A stretch of DNA of 64,000 nt from Eledone cirrhosa (lineage: Eukaryota): NCBI GenBank assembly GCA_964016885.1, contig OZ024742.1:352656001-352720000 (forward strand), written 5' to 3'. This document shows, in pieces, positions 28,906 through 44,000 of the stretch (within the stretch, counting starts at the first letter, position 1; each line of letters opens with the position of its first letter). Both the position numbers and the translations under genes were made by a program. Under the pieces are notes generated by a model. It did not search any database. It worked only from the letters and a program-made list of their open reading frames with translations, and had not been told where the DNA came from.

Positions 28906-29074
28906 GATATATATATATATAGGAAAATGTTTGCGTCGACGGCAGAGCTCAGCCATTTCCACGGCTATTTCTGGCTATATATATATATATAAAAATTGAT
29001 GAGCAGAACAAACAAACATTAAACAATCCTTTAAATAAATTAAAAAATAATTTAAATATCTACCTGTTCATAAT

Positions 29075-29153
29075 GCTATTACCGGCGGTTTCCATCCACA
29101 AAAGATTGGAAATTCGGAGAATTTCCAACGGAAAGTAGATTTCTTCAGATAGC
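29075..29153 (-). ncRNA. Type I HHR with extended stem II within a ~400-bp element (~28995-29400)
   Basis: Reverse strand gctat CTGAAGA a-atctac..ttggaaattc-tcc-gaatttccaa..gtggat-g GAAA cc-gcc-gg TA atagc; related element at 48107-48688. Confidence 0.75.
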
Positions 29154-29570
29154 TATTTCCATTCTATAGGACATTTGTCCCACGGTCAGCAAATATAATG
29201 CTAACTACCAGCACGTATGGGCTATAGCCGTTAAAATGACCCGTACGTGACCTGGTACTAGAGCAAGCGGGAATAGTATAGACTTGTTGATGGCTTGGCT
29301 GCTAAAAAAAAATAGCAGTAAGCAACAACGAATTTTTTCTCTACATAGATTGGAGAATATATAAAAATGAAATAAATATCTCATTGATAGACCATAGACA
29401 TTTGATATATATTACAATTCCCTTGCCAGATAAGCGTAATAAATTGTGTCAGGTAGGTGCTTTTACTTTAGAATTATAATCAATACAACGGGCATTGAGA
29501 ACAGTTGAGAGATATGTTACTTGATAGTGGTATCGGAACTAGAGACTTATAATGCCTTAGGTCCAGGTAT

Positions 29571-29877
29571 TTCTTCTTCTTCTTCTTCTTCTTCTTCTTC
29601 TTCTTCTTCTTCTTCTTCTTTTTCTTTTTCTTTTTCTTTTTCTTCTTTTTCTTCTTCTTTTTCCTCTTCTTTTTCTTCTTTTTCTTCTTCTTTTTCTTCT
29701 TCCTTTTCTTCTTCTTTTTCTTCTTCTTTTTCTTCTTCTTTTTCTTCTTCTTTTTCTTCTTCTTTTTCTTCTTCTGTTTCTTCTTCTTTTTCTTATTTTT
29801 CTTCTTCTTCTTCTTCTTCTTCTTCTTCTTCTTCTTCTTCTTCTTCTTCTTCTTCTTCTTCTTCTTCTTCTTCTTCT
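29571..29877. repeat. (TTC)n microsatellite with TTT interruptions
   Basis: Direct reading. Confidence 0.97.
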
Positions 29878-30452
29878 GCTGCCGCGTGTAGGACGGATCT
29901 GGCTATCATCTGAGTCCATCGTGAGGATTGCCCCGCCCTCTTCCTTTAGCCGGGAAGGGCAAGCAGTTTTTATCTGTCTGGTGGCCATGGCGAAAGAGAT
30001 AGTATATGTGGACACGTTTGAAAGGGCTGAAGACGAGCATTTACCTCTTCGGTGATGCCCTGATTGACTTTTTCAAATTTCATTTAAAAAGTAAAATCAG
30101 AGTAGAGAGGGAAGTGCTCTCTTCCCAGCATTTTGTTGAAAGATGGGTGAGAGAAGCAAGAATGGCCCGAGTGAATGGGCCTACTCTGAGTACATATATG
30201 TAAATTAAAGGTGGAAAACTGGGAGAGGGCACTTACATTGGTGGTCAGAGTCACTGTGGCCTTTTACTGGGCTTTCTCCACGAATGTCCCTCCGGAATCT
30301 CCCTCCTATTGGGGAATTTTTCATTGTTATTTTTTTGTTACATCCTCTGTTTTTGTTTTTTACACGCAGAAAAGCCCATTAGTACCGTCCTGTATTGTCC
30401 TGCACTGTCCTTAATGTCTACTTTATGTAAACCCTTGTGGTTAATAAAGAAA
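29878..30452 (+). mobile_element. 3' fragment of the Tx1 family with (TTA)n tail to ~30500
   Basis: Collinear with 2374-2940. Confidence 0.93.
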
Positions 30453-30453
30453 G

Positions 30454-30501
<48 letters not shown>

Positions 30502-30522
<21 letters not shown>

Positions 30523-33500
30523 TCTTTGAGTTTCAGTATTTGATGTTAGTTAACTGGAAAGTTTGTTGAAATGAATATCAAGCCACTACCTGCAGCCTCA
30601 GATATTCAGGACGTATCGGAGGGTTCTTGCTGTTTCCAGCAAGCATGCCCTTTTAAGCGTTCAAAAAAGCGTGAAGGGGTCAATTTCATTTAACCATCCC
30701 TGGAAACCTTTTGAGATAGTCCCTAGAGCGCCTATGACAATCGGGATCACTTTGAGATCATGGCAGTTCCAAATCCTTTTTACCCCCCACTTTAAGTCCT
30801 GGTATCGGTTAATTTTCTCCCTCTCCTTCTCTTGCACTCTCGTGTCGAATGGGTAGGCCACATCCACAATCAGGCAGGATCGTTTTTCTTTCTCCACAAC
30901 CACCAGGTCAGGTCTTTTGTGTTCCAGTTTCTTGTCCGTCTGTATCCTAAAATCCCACAGCACCTTTACCTGATCGTTTTCTATCACCGACTCTGGCTTA
31001 TGCTCATACCACTTCTCAGAATGTGGTAAATTGTTTACTTTGCACAGGTGCCAGTGGCTCACCCGGCCCATCACATCATGTCTCCAGCCCTTATAATGAG
31101 TCTGGGCTAGGTGTTTACACTCGGATAAAATTTGAGCCACAGTCTCCTCTCTCTCTCCACAGATCCTGCACAGTGAGGCTAGTCTCCTCCTTGTAAATAT
31201 GGTGTTTCAACCGCTTCGTTTTGAGGGCCTGCTCCTGCGCAGCCATTAACATTCTTTCTGTAGCCTTGTTAAAGTCTCCTCTTTTCAACCAGTTCCATGT
31301 CTGTGGATCTCTAAATTCAGTTTTCTCAAAGAAGGTACCATGAAGGGATTTTTCCTGAAGGCTGCTTTTTCTCCTAGTTGTTATTTCCTCCTTGGACATC
31401 CCCTGGCCTATTGTCCTCTCCTTCAGGACATTTCTGAGCATTGGCTCCTTACTATCAGTCACGTATCTGTGGAGGTTGTTTTACTCTATCTGAACACAGT
31501 CCTCTATGCTGATAAGACCTCTTCTACCTTCAGATCTCCTTAAGTAGAGTCTATCGACATCACTCCTCTTGTGGAACATGTTATAGATAGTCAATAGCTT
31601 CCTAGTCTTCCTATTCATTTCTTTTTTTTCAGCAACATTCCATCTCAGAATTCCCTCACTGTACCTAATAATAGACACAGCTCGGGAATTTACTGCACTT
31701 ATGGCATTCCGACTGTTCAGATGTGCCTTTAATACGCTCCTTACTCTCCGAATGTATTCAGTTCTTATCAATTCCTTCATTTTTTTGTTCTTGATGTCAT
31801 CAACCTCCGGAACACCCAAATACTTGTATCCTTCTTCAGAGTCAATTTCCTTTATCATCTCACCTGTTGGTACCTGGATTCCGTTACTTCTGCTCAACTT
31901 ACCCCGCTTCATCACAATGACTCCACACTTACTAATACCAAATTGCATACATATATCATTGCTGAAAATACGGACAGTGTCAACAACCACATCCAACTCC
32001 TTCTCACTCTTCCCGAAGAGCTTAAGATCGTCCATGAAGAGGAGGTGATTGATGGTATGCCCTCCCTTTCCCAACCTGTATCCTGCTCTCACTTTTCGCA
32101 GTACACTGGTCAGGGTCATCAGGGCAAGGACAAACAACAGAGGGGACAGACTATCTCCCTGGAAGATACCTCTCTCGATCTTCACGCTTCCCAAGGATTC
32201 TCCAGTTGATGTTAACTCTGTTTTCCAGGACTTCATACTTTTGCCCAACAACTGTCTGATGTTATCTGCCACCTTGAAGATCTCCAGGCTTTTGGTGATT
32301 CAATAATGAGGCACCATGTCAAATGCCTTTTTGTAGTCTATCCATCCCATCGCAAGACCAGTGTGTCTCCTCTTGCAATTCCTCATTACCATCTTATCAA
32401 TAAGTAACTGGTCCTTTGTCCCACGTGACTTCTTTCGGCATCCTTTCTGTTCGTCCGGTAACAAGTTGTTTGTGTGGAGGTGATTGTAGATTTCCTCAGA
32501 CATAATGCTTGTCAACAGTTTCCACATTACGGACAGACATGTTATAGGTCTATAGTTGGTAACATCATTACCCTTCATTCTGTCTTTCATTATCAGAACT
32601 GTGGTACCTTTTGTCAACCACTCTGATACCTCATCTGACATCAAGCAGTCATTGAACATGGTTGTCAGTTTCGGGTGGAGGGACGTTATATTGTTAATCC
32701 GATACCCCTGCACACCATCTGGGCCTGGTGATTTCCAGTTGGTTAATGTTTTGGCCTGCCCCTTAAAAGTTTCAACTGTGATACTCAAATCAGTTTGTTG
32801 GTGTGCCTGTTCACTAATCTCCTTCTGTACTGTCTCAATCCACACTGCCAGGTCATTATGTTTAACATCCTGCTCCCATATTCCTCTCCAGAATGTTTTA
32901 GTTTGTTCCACCTCAGGGATCAAGTCGTTGCTTCTTTCCCTTCAAGCTGTCCAAACAGCATCTTCTGGTTGTTGTCGAACATGCGGTTCTGTCTATACTG
33001 ACTGACTCTGTTCTCGTATCACCTGATTTTTGCACTCTTTGCTACAATGCGTTGCTTCAGTTCCTCTATGATAATATTTAGCTTTTTCCTTCTAGTTTTG
33101 AACTTTATTTCCAGTCTATTTTCAATGTCTATGTTTTTTAGTGTCCTATTCAGTAGGGACTCAAGCTTTCCAATGTCATTTCTCATTTCCCTGATTTGAC
33201 CTCTCAGTCGTTTCTTCCACCAATTCTCTGCTCTTTCATGTCTGTTCTTTGCTCTCGCTTTTATACCAAGTAGTTTTCTCTCCGTATTTGCTGTTGCTTT
33301 TAGGATATTGTTGCACTGGTGAAGGCTCCTCGCCTCAAGGTATGGATGACTTTGTTTACCTTAGCTGTTGTTTCTTTTAACTTTTTCCTGTCTACATATC
33401 TTAGGTTCATAGGTCTCCCACTATCATTGTTCAATTCATCTACCACTAAGTTTAGGATATCAACCAAATCTTGTCCTTGCCCGTCAGCATTCATCATTTC

Positions 33501-34000
33501 AGTGGCCGTATCTCTGTTCCAGGTATTATTTATTTCAGCATTCAGTTCATTGTCTGCTTCGGATGGTTCCTCCGTTCTCTCGACCTCTTCACCTTCATTT
33601 CCCACTGTCTCGTTTGCCTGGCATACACCACTCTCCATCTTCAAGCTAATCTCTCTGCTCAGTTCCTCCAGTTCCAGCTCGCTTATCCACCTATTAGTTC
33701 TTATTACCCGAGCCTGCCCAGCCAATTTTTGTTCATCTAATTTAAATAGGCCAATCTCGTTCCAGATGTTATGCATCCGTTTCCTATAGCCTTTCTCCTT
33801 GGGGTTACTCTTCAGGTAACATTGCATAACAGTTCTATTCAATTATTTCGTCTAGTTGGTTCTGGTCCCTTTCCTTCTTCATCTTCCTCCGACACCAGCA
33901 GTATTTGGTTGCCAGCCAGGTCCCTGCTGCTGAGCCAGGGAGCATCTGTTGGGTGAGAGTCTGTCACATGACATTCTAGTCTCCATTTCACCGTTATTCG
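30502..34000 (-). mobile_element. R4/Dong-like non-LTR retrotransposon (RT + CCHC + restriction-like endonuclease), pseudogenised
   Basis: NWKSPGPDG, NYRPITCL, EQKGCRKKSRGTKDQLLID, WIDYKKAFD, GIFQGDSLSPLLF, HLLFMDDLKL, ETVAQILSEC, RHD, KVLWDF, RPDLVVV..E..K; 3' end runs into (TAA)n. Confidence 0.88.
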
Positions 34001-34414
34001 AACTGTTTAGGTTCTACATTTAAACACTCTTATCGAGGATTGGCGAATGTATGGTTACATAACCACCGGTGATTTCATCTACTCCGGTGATTTCGTCACT
34101 CCACGTGATTTGTGTGTGACATTATCACGCTGTAGACGAACATAAATAAACAAACAAACAAACATGCAAAAAAACACCCAAAAATGAATAAGCATATGTT
34201 TCATTGTAATGTAATGTTTGAATGTCTGACTTAGTGTTTCCCTTCCCTTCTCTGTCCGTCTATTTGTTTTTCTCTTCATGTTTCTTTTCTTTACGTTTTT
34301 CGTTGTTGCTGTGCTTGCTGCTTTGATTTTGATTTTTGTGTGTTTGGTTTTGACCGGGTCATCAATTCAGTCTATTTATATATTTTGATGCCTTCCTCTT
34401 TTAGTGGAGGCACT

Positions 34415-35615
<1,201 letters not shown>

Positions 35616-38600
35616 GATAAGTAGCGGTTCTATCATTGGTGACTCTCTCATCTCCCAGCTAAGTAGTACAATTAATTAAATACTCTTTCAATAATTTTTT
35701 GTACAATTAAATCCATATTTGAGACATTTCAATACAATATATTTTACAATGTCAGTACAAAAGTAATTAATTATATTTGCCATTGTACTTTTGTGTTAGT
35801 ATTTTAGTAGCCAGAATGTATTTGGTGTGTATTCTGTTATAGACATCTTAATTATATATTTCTTCGTGTATCTTTATAATTATCTTTTTTTCAATATCTA
35901 TCAAATATATTTCCATCCATCTATTTTATATCTACATTTTACATATTTCTATTTACACAATGTTGTTATATATATTCGAACACTAAGATCAATACATTTC
36001 CGATGGGTGTAAATTTCTTTGGAGCATATGCAATACTATAATGTTAATAATCTTATACAACACGTTTTCTATGTCAGGGTACCTTACCACGGTGAACATG
36101 AATCCGTGTTGAGTTCCAAAAATCAACTGTTAAACTGAAGAATGCATTTGGCCATACACCCTATCAATCTATAGTATTTATCTTATTTTATTTTTCAAAT
36201 TGTGCCTTGGCACAATCATCAGATCTTAGCACATCATGTTTCGTTGCATGGAATTATGTCCCTTCTATATTCTAATTTTAAATCCGGTAATGATTAGCTG
36301 TGTCTTTCATCATTACGTGATCGATCAAATATAGTAGCAGTAACGCGCTCATTACGATTTAATCGAACCTTTTCTCTACAAATTTGTTGGCCTTTAACCT
36401 ACATCAGAAGCCATTATTTTCCAAATGAAGCATATATGCCCTGCACTCATTCCAAGCTATATTTATCTACTTGCAGGCGAATTGCTTAAATGACAATGGC
36501 AGATATGTATCCTAATGTTTACTTAAAGTTATAATCATATACCAAGTCATGATATGAAAACTAAATGTATTACTTAGTATACACATATTTATTGATGTTA
36601 AATATATATTCATCGCATCATATTTAATTTCTTAATTGTTAGCCTAAGTTTTCTTAATTGTTAGCCTAAAAACAAAACCTCAAAAATAGTTTCTATTTCT
36701 GGATATACCTACTTCAGACGAATCACAGCAAACTACCCAACATAAATAATTTAAAATAACTAGATATATCAATTACTATATATACGGTGCCCATTTTCAA
36801 TAAATCTCTGGTTGTTTTGTTTCAATGAATATTTTTCTTCATTTGCCTCTCTTCCGAATACTGGATGACAAGATATATTCTTGATTCATTTAAAAAAAGA
36901 TAAATCTTGAGTTTCGTAATTCTGATCAATAAATAAACTACAAATTGATACATTGACTAAACATTGATCATTTGACTTTGAAACCATCACTGTTTACCAT
37001 CAATTTTTGATTTAGTTATATTTGTCTCTTTTTAGCATTCCTAGCAGAAATATATATTTCCTTTCACTTAAGAGGATTCCGGAAAGTTTTTTTATTCTAT
37101 ATTTGCCTGCTGCTTAAGCCGTTACTATTTATTTTAAACTCATCTTTCATTTACGTTATTTTTACAAACTATTTTTTCTTTCATGTTTATATATTGATTT
37201 CGTTCTTGAATATTCTAAATCGTTTCGTAAATTACGATGTTCTTATAGATTTGAACAAACTTCAGATATAGAAATATTTTAAATTCAAGACTATATATTT
37301 AAATATTCTCTTTCTGTGTTCTTACGATATAGCCTCAATAAGCTATCTTCATATTTAAAACTCAAAGGAATGCGAATATTTAAGAACATTTTTCTTCTAT
37401 CAATCTTTGTATATTCAAAATAAATATTCTGGCCACAAAATAATACCTCCAATATGTATTATACTAAAAAATAAAATATTATCATTCCTAAAGAAAAGAG
37501 AAAACTATGAGAAGATCTTCATGATGAAAATACTATCTATCGTTGTATGAGTATAATAACTTTGTTTGGAATATAGGAATGTATTATGTACTAGTACGCA
37601 ACTCATCTCTATTTCAGCATACCTGAAGATATATAATAGAATCTTTACCTGTATTTTCAGGCCAATCACAATGTAGGGAATTATCGTAACACCAATGCAT
37701 TAAACATTCTTCAAATCCACTCCCAATCACATGAGTCTTATGTGACACAGTATCACATATGTTTGATGGGCGTGAACAACAAAAGCAATAATGTAAAATC
37801 GTTCTTCTCAAAAAACCTTGTATTCTTCCGAAGTAGTCCATGAATTTTGTTTGACTGGATATAACACTTTAATATTGACATGTCCATTGGCATATATTAC
37901 GTAATGAAATGTATAAAGATATATATGGATATTACTGATTGAATATTAATTGACATTAATTCTTCCCTTATGAGAATATGTTGCTGTTCTATTTCGGGGT
38001 TCCAATAACATACGGGAACTTATGACTCATTTGCAATTATAATATTACGTAACGTATTGTATCAGTATAACAGCTATTCATCAGTCTACACTTTAGAGAG
38101 CAAGATAGAAAAGTGTATGAGCAGAATTTCAGTATCTACCTCTTCACTGGGGTACACAGCCAGCGTGTTGAATATAAAAGTACAGCCACAAAATTCTATA
38201 GAATTAGAATAGAAAACGCTTGATATGACTGTTTTCTATTGCGTTCAAATCATTTGAAAGCGTTACAAATCTTAACAAATATTGCTATATCATGCGAGCA
38301 TACACGAGGAAACATTTTAAGAAAGAAAATATTAAAACCACACAAATGAAAATGTTCTGAAATACATGAATCAAGTAGGCGTGAATTTTTAATTTCAGTT
38401 GCAAACTCCCTTTCGTCTACATTAATAATTAATTCTAAGATATGCCTTGTTGAAATCAACTTAACAAATCAACGTTACCAACATAACCAAAGCTAGAAAG
38501 AAAAGTTGTTTCATGGAATGATTTATTTTGTACTTTACAATCAGTATTTTATTAAATATTCTCTTACTTTTTCTTCCATTTATTATTGTATTTTGCTTTT

Positions 38601-39459
38601 ACCAATAATCTCTTTATCATAGTTGATTTATGATTAAATTGGCTACAAAATATTGTAAAATTCATTTATCTTATGACTTATATTCCCAATATGTATGGCG
38701 ATTTTATTCCTAGTTAGATCTGTTTGCTTTACTTCAATAAGGTAAATAAATAATAAATAAATGAAATCTAATTCACCTTAATATATAAATTATTTATTAT
38801 TAAATAAACAGAATGTTTGCCTACTATAAGAATTTGTTATTATCCTGTTCCCACTCACGTACATCAATCACAGAGGTACACATAAAGAAGAATAAATACA
38901 TATACGCTCAAATATTAAAGAAAAAATTAATGCTATTTATTGAATATTTGCTGTTTAAAGCGGCATGTGTTTTCTATTTTAGATTTATATAAAATAAATA
39001 TAGAAGACACTGCATTTTTACATATTTACATAAAAGTTTTAGAATTAACACTAAAAGATATATAAATCAAATTGCAATATCATTTCAGTTATTTCTCGAA
39101 TGTAGCAGCGACTAATATGCATCTATGAATTCAGATAAAATATTATGTCATTGTATTAGGCAGAAAATGGTATTTTAGCTTGAATTACAAATTGGAATCA
39201 GCATGATGTTTAATACAAAAAAATAATATCTATACAAAAGATCTTAGTCAAAATCTATATTATTCCCAAAGATATATAATGGAAATGTATACAATATACA
39301 TTTAAAATCCCTGATAAATATTGATAATCTGTTACAGTTATGTACCATGGTAGATACAAATGATAATCAGTCCGTTGAATCTGTTTTCTTATTTGGTCAC
39401 AGCATTTAAAAATGTATGGTCAGTTGATTATCTATTTCTCCTATGTTAACAGCTCGGAA

Positions 39460-39700
39460 TTTGAACTCAGATCGTCCCTTTATGATCTGAGTTCAAATCC
39501 CGCCGAGGTTAACTTTGCCTTTCATCATTACGGGGTCGATAAATTAAAGTACCAGTAATGTATTGGGTAATTGCTGGCCTTGTGGCTAAAATAGAAACAA
39601 TATTTCTGAACATCCTTTCATCCTTACGGCGTTGATAAAATAAAGTACCAGTATTACACTGGATATCGCTGGCCTTGTGCCAAAAGTAGAAACAATTATT
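39460..39700 (+). mobile_element. SINE copy with duplicated 3' part
   Basis: tctgagttcaaatcccgccgaggttaactttgcc..aagtaccagt..gctggccttgtg..tagaaacaa, 3' half twice. Confidence 0.75.
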
Positions 39701-39890
39701 TATGAACATTCAAGTTCCATTAGAGGAAACAAAAATAATGGCCACAGGTCATATATAATCATATATATGCATACACTCTCACACACACAGATATGTATGT
39801 ATATGCATATACTCATACACACAGAAACACGCACGCACACCCACGCATATAAACACACACAGACGCACACACACACACACACACACACAT

Positions 39891-39971
<81 letters not shown>

Positions 39972-39974
<3 letters not shown>

Positions 39975-40205
39975 GGCGGGTTAAATTCCCGAGATCTATC
40001 GACGAGTTCTGTGCAGCCATCTCTCTCCCATATTATCGCTACCATGTCCTGCGTCTCTAGGAGACATGTGCCTGTCCTTAGGGCATCGACATATGTTTAC
40101 CTCGGGCTTCCTCTACCAGTGTGTCGATGCAGGTGCTCCCACAGGAGCACTGAGTGCAGTGTCATCTCTGAATGTCGGTGAGCATGTGCAGCTAACCTTA
40201 GTATC
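39972..40205 (-). mobile_element. 3'-end fragment of the RTE-like LINE of 15655-18950
   Basis: [29 protein letters not shown] matches ORF 15655-16137. Confidence 0.85.
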
Positions 40206-40218
40206 CTATGTATATGAC

Positions 40219-40274
<56 letters not shown>

Positions 40275-40275
40275 A

Positions 40276-40324
<49 letters not shown>

Positions 40325-40389
40325 CAAATAACGAAACGAAATTAAATTTCGTTTCGCTTCTAACTCACTTTTGTATGACTGACGCTTAA

Positions 40390-40824
40390 ACAATTAAGTT
40401 AAAGTGTACATCTACATATGTATACGGAAGTATTAGTATGCATATAAATACACACATGTATACATATGTACATGTACTGAGTTTTTCACTAGACACTTTA
40501 CAGTGAGTGTCAGCTAGTCTGTATGTAACCACACAGACGGACCGGGTTTTAGAGTCATACGAGTTTTCAAGGAATCACATTTCCTCTATTCTCCAGAGAG
40601 CCAGACAGTCTGGCTCTCTGGAGAATAGAGGAAATGTGTTTCCTTGAAAACTCGTATGACTCTAAAACCCGGTCCGTCTGTGTGGTTACATACAGACTAG
40701 CTGACACTCACTGTAAAGTGTCTAGTGAAAAACTCAGTACATGAACATATGTATACATGTGTGTATTTATATGCATACTAATACTTCCGTATACATATGT
40801 AGATGTACACTATAACTTAATTGT
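40390..40824. repeat. ~435-bp near-perfect palindrome, 1-nt centre at 40607
   Basis: ctccagagagccagac-a-gtctggctctctggag with arms extending ~217 bp. Confidence 0.93.
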
Positions 40825-41049
40825 ATATAAATATATATATATATAGTAATAATAATAAATTTGAAGACTAAAATCCAAAGAGGGCTCCATAAGGATAGAT
40901 ATATAACAAATATATATGAACCGTAGAGCAAATATTTATTAAAATAACAGATTAAAGTTTAAGCAAAGAATCGGTGCTTTCACCCTTAACGGGATCTTCT
41001 GAGTTTCAGAAGATCCCGTTCAGGGTTAAAGCACCGATGTGTGTGTGTA

Positions 41050-44000
41050 TGTGTGTGTATGTATGTATGTAAAAGGTAAACAGAAATAACAACACAATCG
41101 GTACTGTATATGGAAGGGATATATTAGGTTAATGGTTGATATAGCAGGAAGGGGTCTTAACGTTTCAGACGCTAGTTCTTCATCAAAATAAATAATGAGA
41201 AATAAGATAGATTGAGGGGACAGGCGGGTTGCATTTGGAAAAAATAACACGTCCATTCATGTTGACATCTCTTGCAAAACTGTTGGTGCTGGCGTTTTGT
41301 GTATGATTTATTTTTTTTAGAAAAGTGCATGATGGAGCGCGTCTACCTGAAATAAAAAAAAAAACGATTTGTAAAGAGAGCTATACTTGTGCACGTGCCT
41401 AAGCATGTGTATGTGTGTCTGTGTGTGTGTGTGTGTTTGTGTATGTGTGTGTGTGTGTGTCTGTATATGTGTGTGTGTGTCTGTATTATTATACATCCGT
41501 ACGAAGCTAAGCAGAAATGTGTGTGTATATGTGAGTAAATGAGTGTGTGTGCATGTAAGTACGAAGCTATGAGCAAAAGTATGTTAATATAAGGCTGTGC
41601 ATGTGTGTATACAGAGCAGTGAAGGGAAAAGTGGAGTGAGCATATATAGCCGGACTGTATTAGTTGTGAGAGAAGATGTTAATGATCAAGAGAAAGCGAC
41701 AGGAATCTAGGGGTGTGATAATGTACGGAGTATTAGAGAAATTGGGGAGGTGAGTTGAGTCCAAAATGGGAGTAGGACCCAAGGCGGAGAATCATACTTT
41801 CTTCAATCCTGGTGTGGTGTTATCCTGATGTAAACGGAGACTCAGGCTGGCAGAAGAATGACCAGAAGAGAAATGGTTGGCGACAGGAGTATCCAAACCG
41901 AGTCGTATGTTCTTCACATGCTCGGTAAAACGGTCTGCAATACGGCGTCCCGTTTGTCCGACATATAAAACCCGCAAAGGGAACACCGGAGGTCATAATC
42001 ATCGTGGGTGGTTGTAGAGGTGAAGGAGTGGTGGATACGGAAAGACCCGTTAGGGCCTGTAAGTGAGGAGAGGGTGGAAATAAAGGGACAAGTGTTGCGG
42101 AGGGAATGGGAGCAAGGATGAGAGCCGGGTGGAGACGTGGGAGAGGACGAAAAAGAACTACGAACCAGGAAGTTGCGGAGGTTGCGGGCGCGCTTAAAAG
42201 CAGTAATGGGTGGGTTTGGAAAAACGCGAGAAGTGAAGGCGTCAGAAGAGAGGATACGGAAGAACGGAGGATATGTCGGCGGAGTGGTAGGGTGATGCGG
42301 TGGTAGGTGAGAGGGAAATAAACGCGGGTGTTGGGAGGTCGGCGATGAGGCGAGAGGAATGCGGTGTGTTTTGTTTCACGGGTGCGTGTGAGAGCAACTT
42401 GGATCATGGTAGGTGGATATCGACGCTGGATGAAGCAAGAAGCCATGCGAAGGGAATGGGTTTCGAAATCGTCGTGATGGATAGAGTCGATGAAGATGGA
42501 GTAATTGGGAATAGGGTATGGAGTGTTTGGTGTGGGTTGGATGGGAGGAGATGAAGTCGAGGTAAGATTGGGAGTCTGTTGGTTTAATGGAGATGGAAGT
42601 AGAGAGGTGGTGTGAGAATGATTAATAGATATCTAGAGATATATCTAGAGTGATTAATAGATATCTAGAGAGATATCTAGAAAAGCGACAGAAGAATCGG
42701 AGACGGAGGCGGTGAGATTGAGAGCCAGGATATAAAGATAAGACAAAAGAAAGAAAGCAGTCGAGCTGTTCTCGTGTTGGCGCCGATAGAGCCGTCGATA
42801 TCACGCCCGTATAGCTTAGGAGTCGGTCCAACGTACTGGGAGAAGATCTTGACTTCGTCGTAAACAGTAAACCATTTGGCATTGTTTGGATCCATTCTGG
42901 TTCCCATCGCTACACCACAGACCCGCTCATAACATTCATCCGAAAAAGAAAAGCCATTGAGGGTGAGAACTAGCTCAGACAGACAGAGAAGAGTGGTACT
43001 GCTGGGGTAAAGGGTAGGGGTAGGGCGTAAATCTAAAAAATGTTGGAGTGCGTGGAGGCCGTCATCATAAGGGATGACGGTATATAGAGAGGTGATGTCC
43101 AGGGTAAAGAGAAGGCGGGAGGGACCAGGAGGGAAGGAGAAAGAGTTGAAGAGTCTAAGGGCATGTTTTGTATCGTGGATGTGGGAGGGGAGAGAGCCGA
43201 CAACAGTGCGAGGATGGTGTCAAAATATTCAGAAATTATCTCGGTGGAAGCAGTTGCACACAGAAAAGATAGGACGGCCTGCATTATTTTCTTTGTATAT
43301 TTTGGGGAGGAAATAGAAGGTGGGTATGCTAGGGGTGTGTACAATAATGTCGATGGCTGTGGGGGTAGGAGAGAGTAGGAGATTAGCTCGTCGATGGTGG
43401 AGGACACGAGTTGTTGGTAGCCAGGAGTGGGTCGGAGGATAAAAGGCGGTAAAAAAGGGTATTGTGAAGCTGCCGGAGAGCCTCTACCCTAAGAGGTCAG
43501 CGCTCCAAACCACCACAGCACCACCTTTGTCAGCGGGTTTGATGAGAATGTCATCGCGACGCCGAAGGTTGCGAAGAGCGGAGAGCGCAGTGCACGCAAT
43601 GTTAGAGTGACGAGCATGCTGATGAAAACGGAACCGATTCACACTAAGCCGGCAAGTATCGACAAAGGAGTCGAGGGTGGTGTATTGACCAGAGATCGGC
43701 GTCCAATGTGATTGCTGGCGAGTGAAACGTGTGAAATCATCCGTCTGTGTTGATGATGGCATGTCGTGAAATAAAGCTTTCAGCTTTAAGCGATGGAAGA
43801 ACCCTTCAATCTCGGCACGTGTGCGGAACTCGTCACAGGTCAAAGTGGTTGGTATAAAACACAACCCACTGGCGAGGAAGGAGCGCCCAGGTTTGGAAAG
43901 AGGTAGGTCCTGGGCTATGGTTCCTGCAGTGCAGGGATGTGAGGGAGTGAAAGAGACGGAGGCGGATGGGTTAAGGTGGTTGGGCAAAGCGTGTGTAGAT

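Noticed and set aside
29521-30015. Poly-S and poly-R (protamine-like) ORFs
   Set aside because: (TTC)n microsatellite plus antisense Tx1 sequence
37614-37860. Cys-rich 75-aa minus-strand ORF with GT donor-like sites (cagGTAAAG, cagGTATGC) in unique sequence
   Set aside because: Could be a host exon, but I recognise no homology and see no strong acceptor; needs RNA-seq or BLASTX
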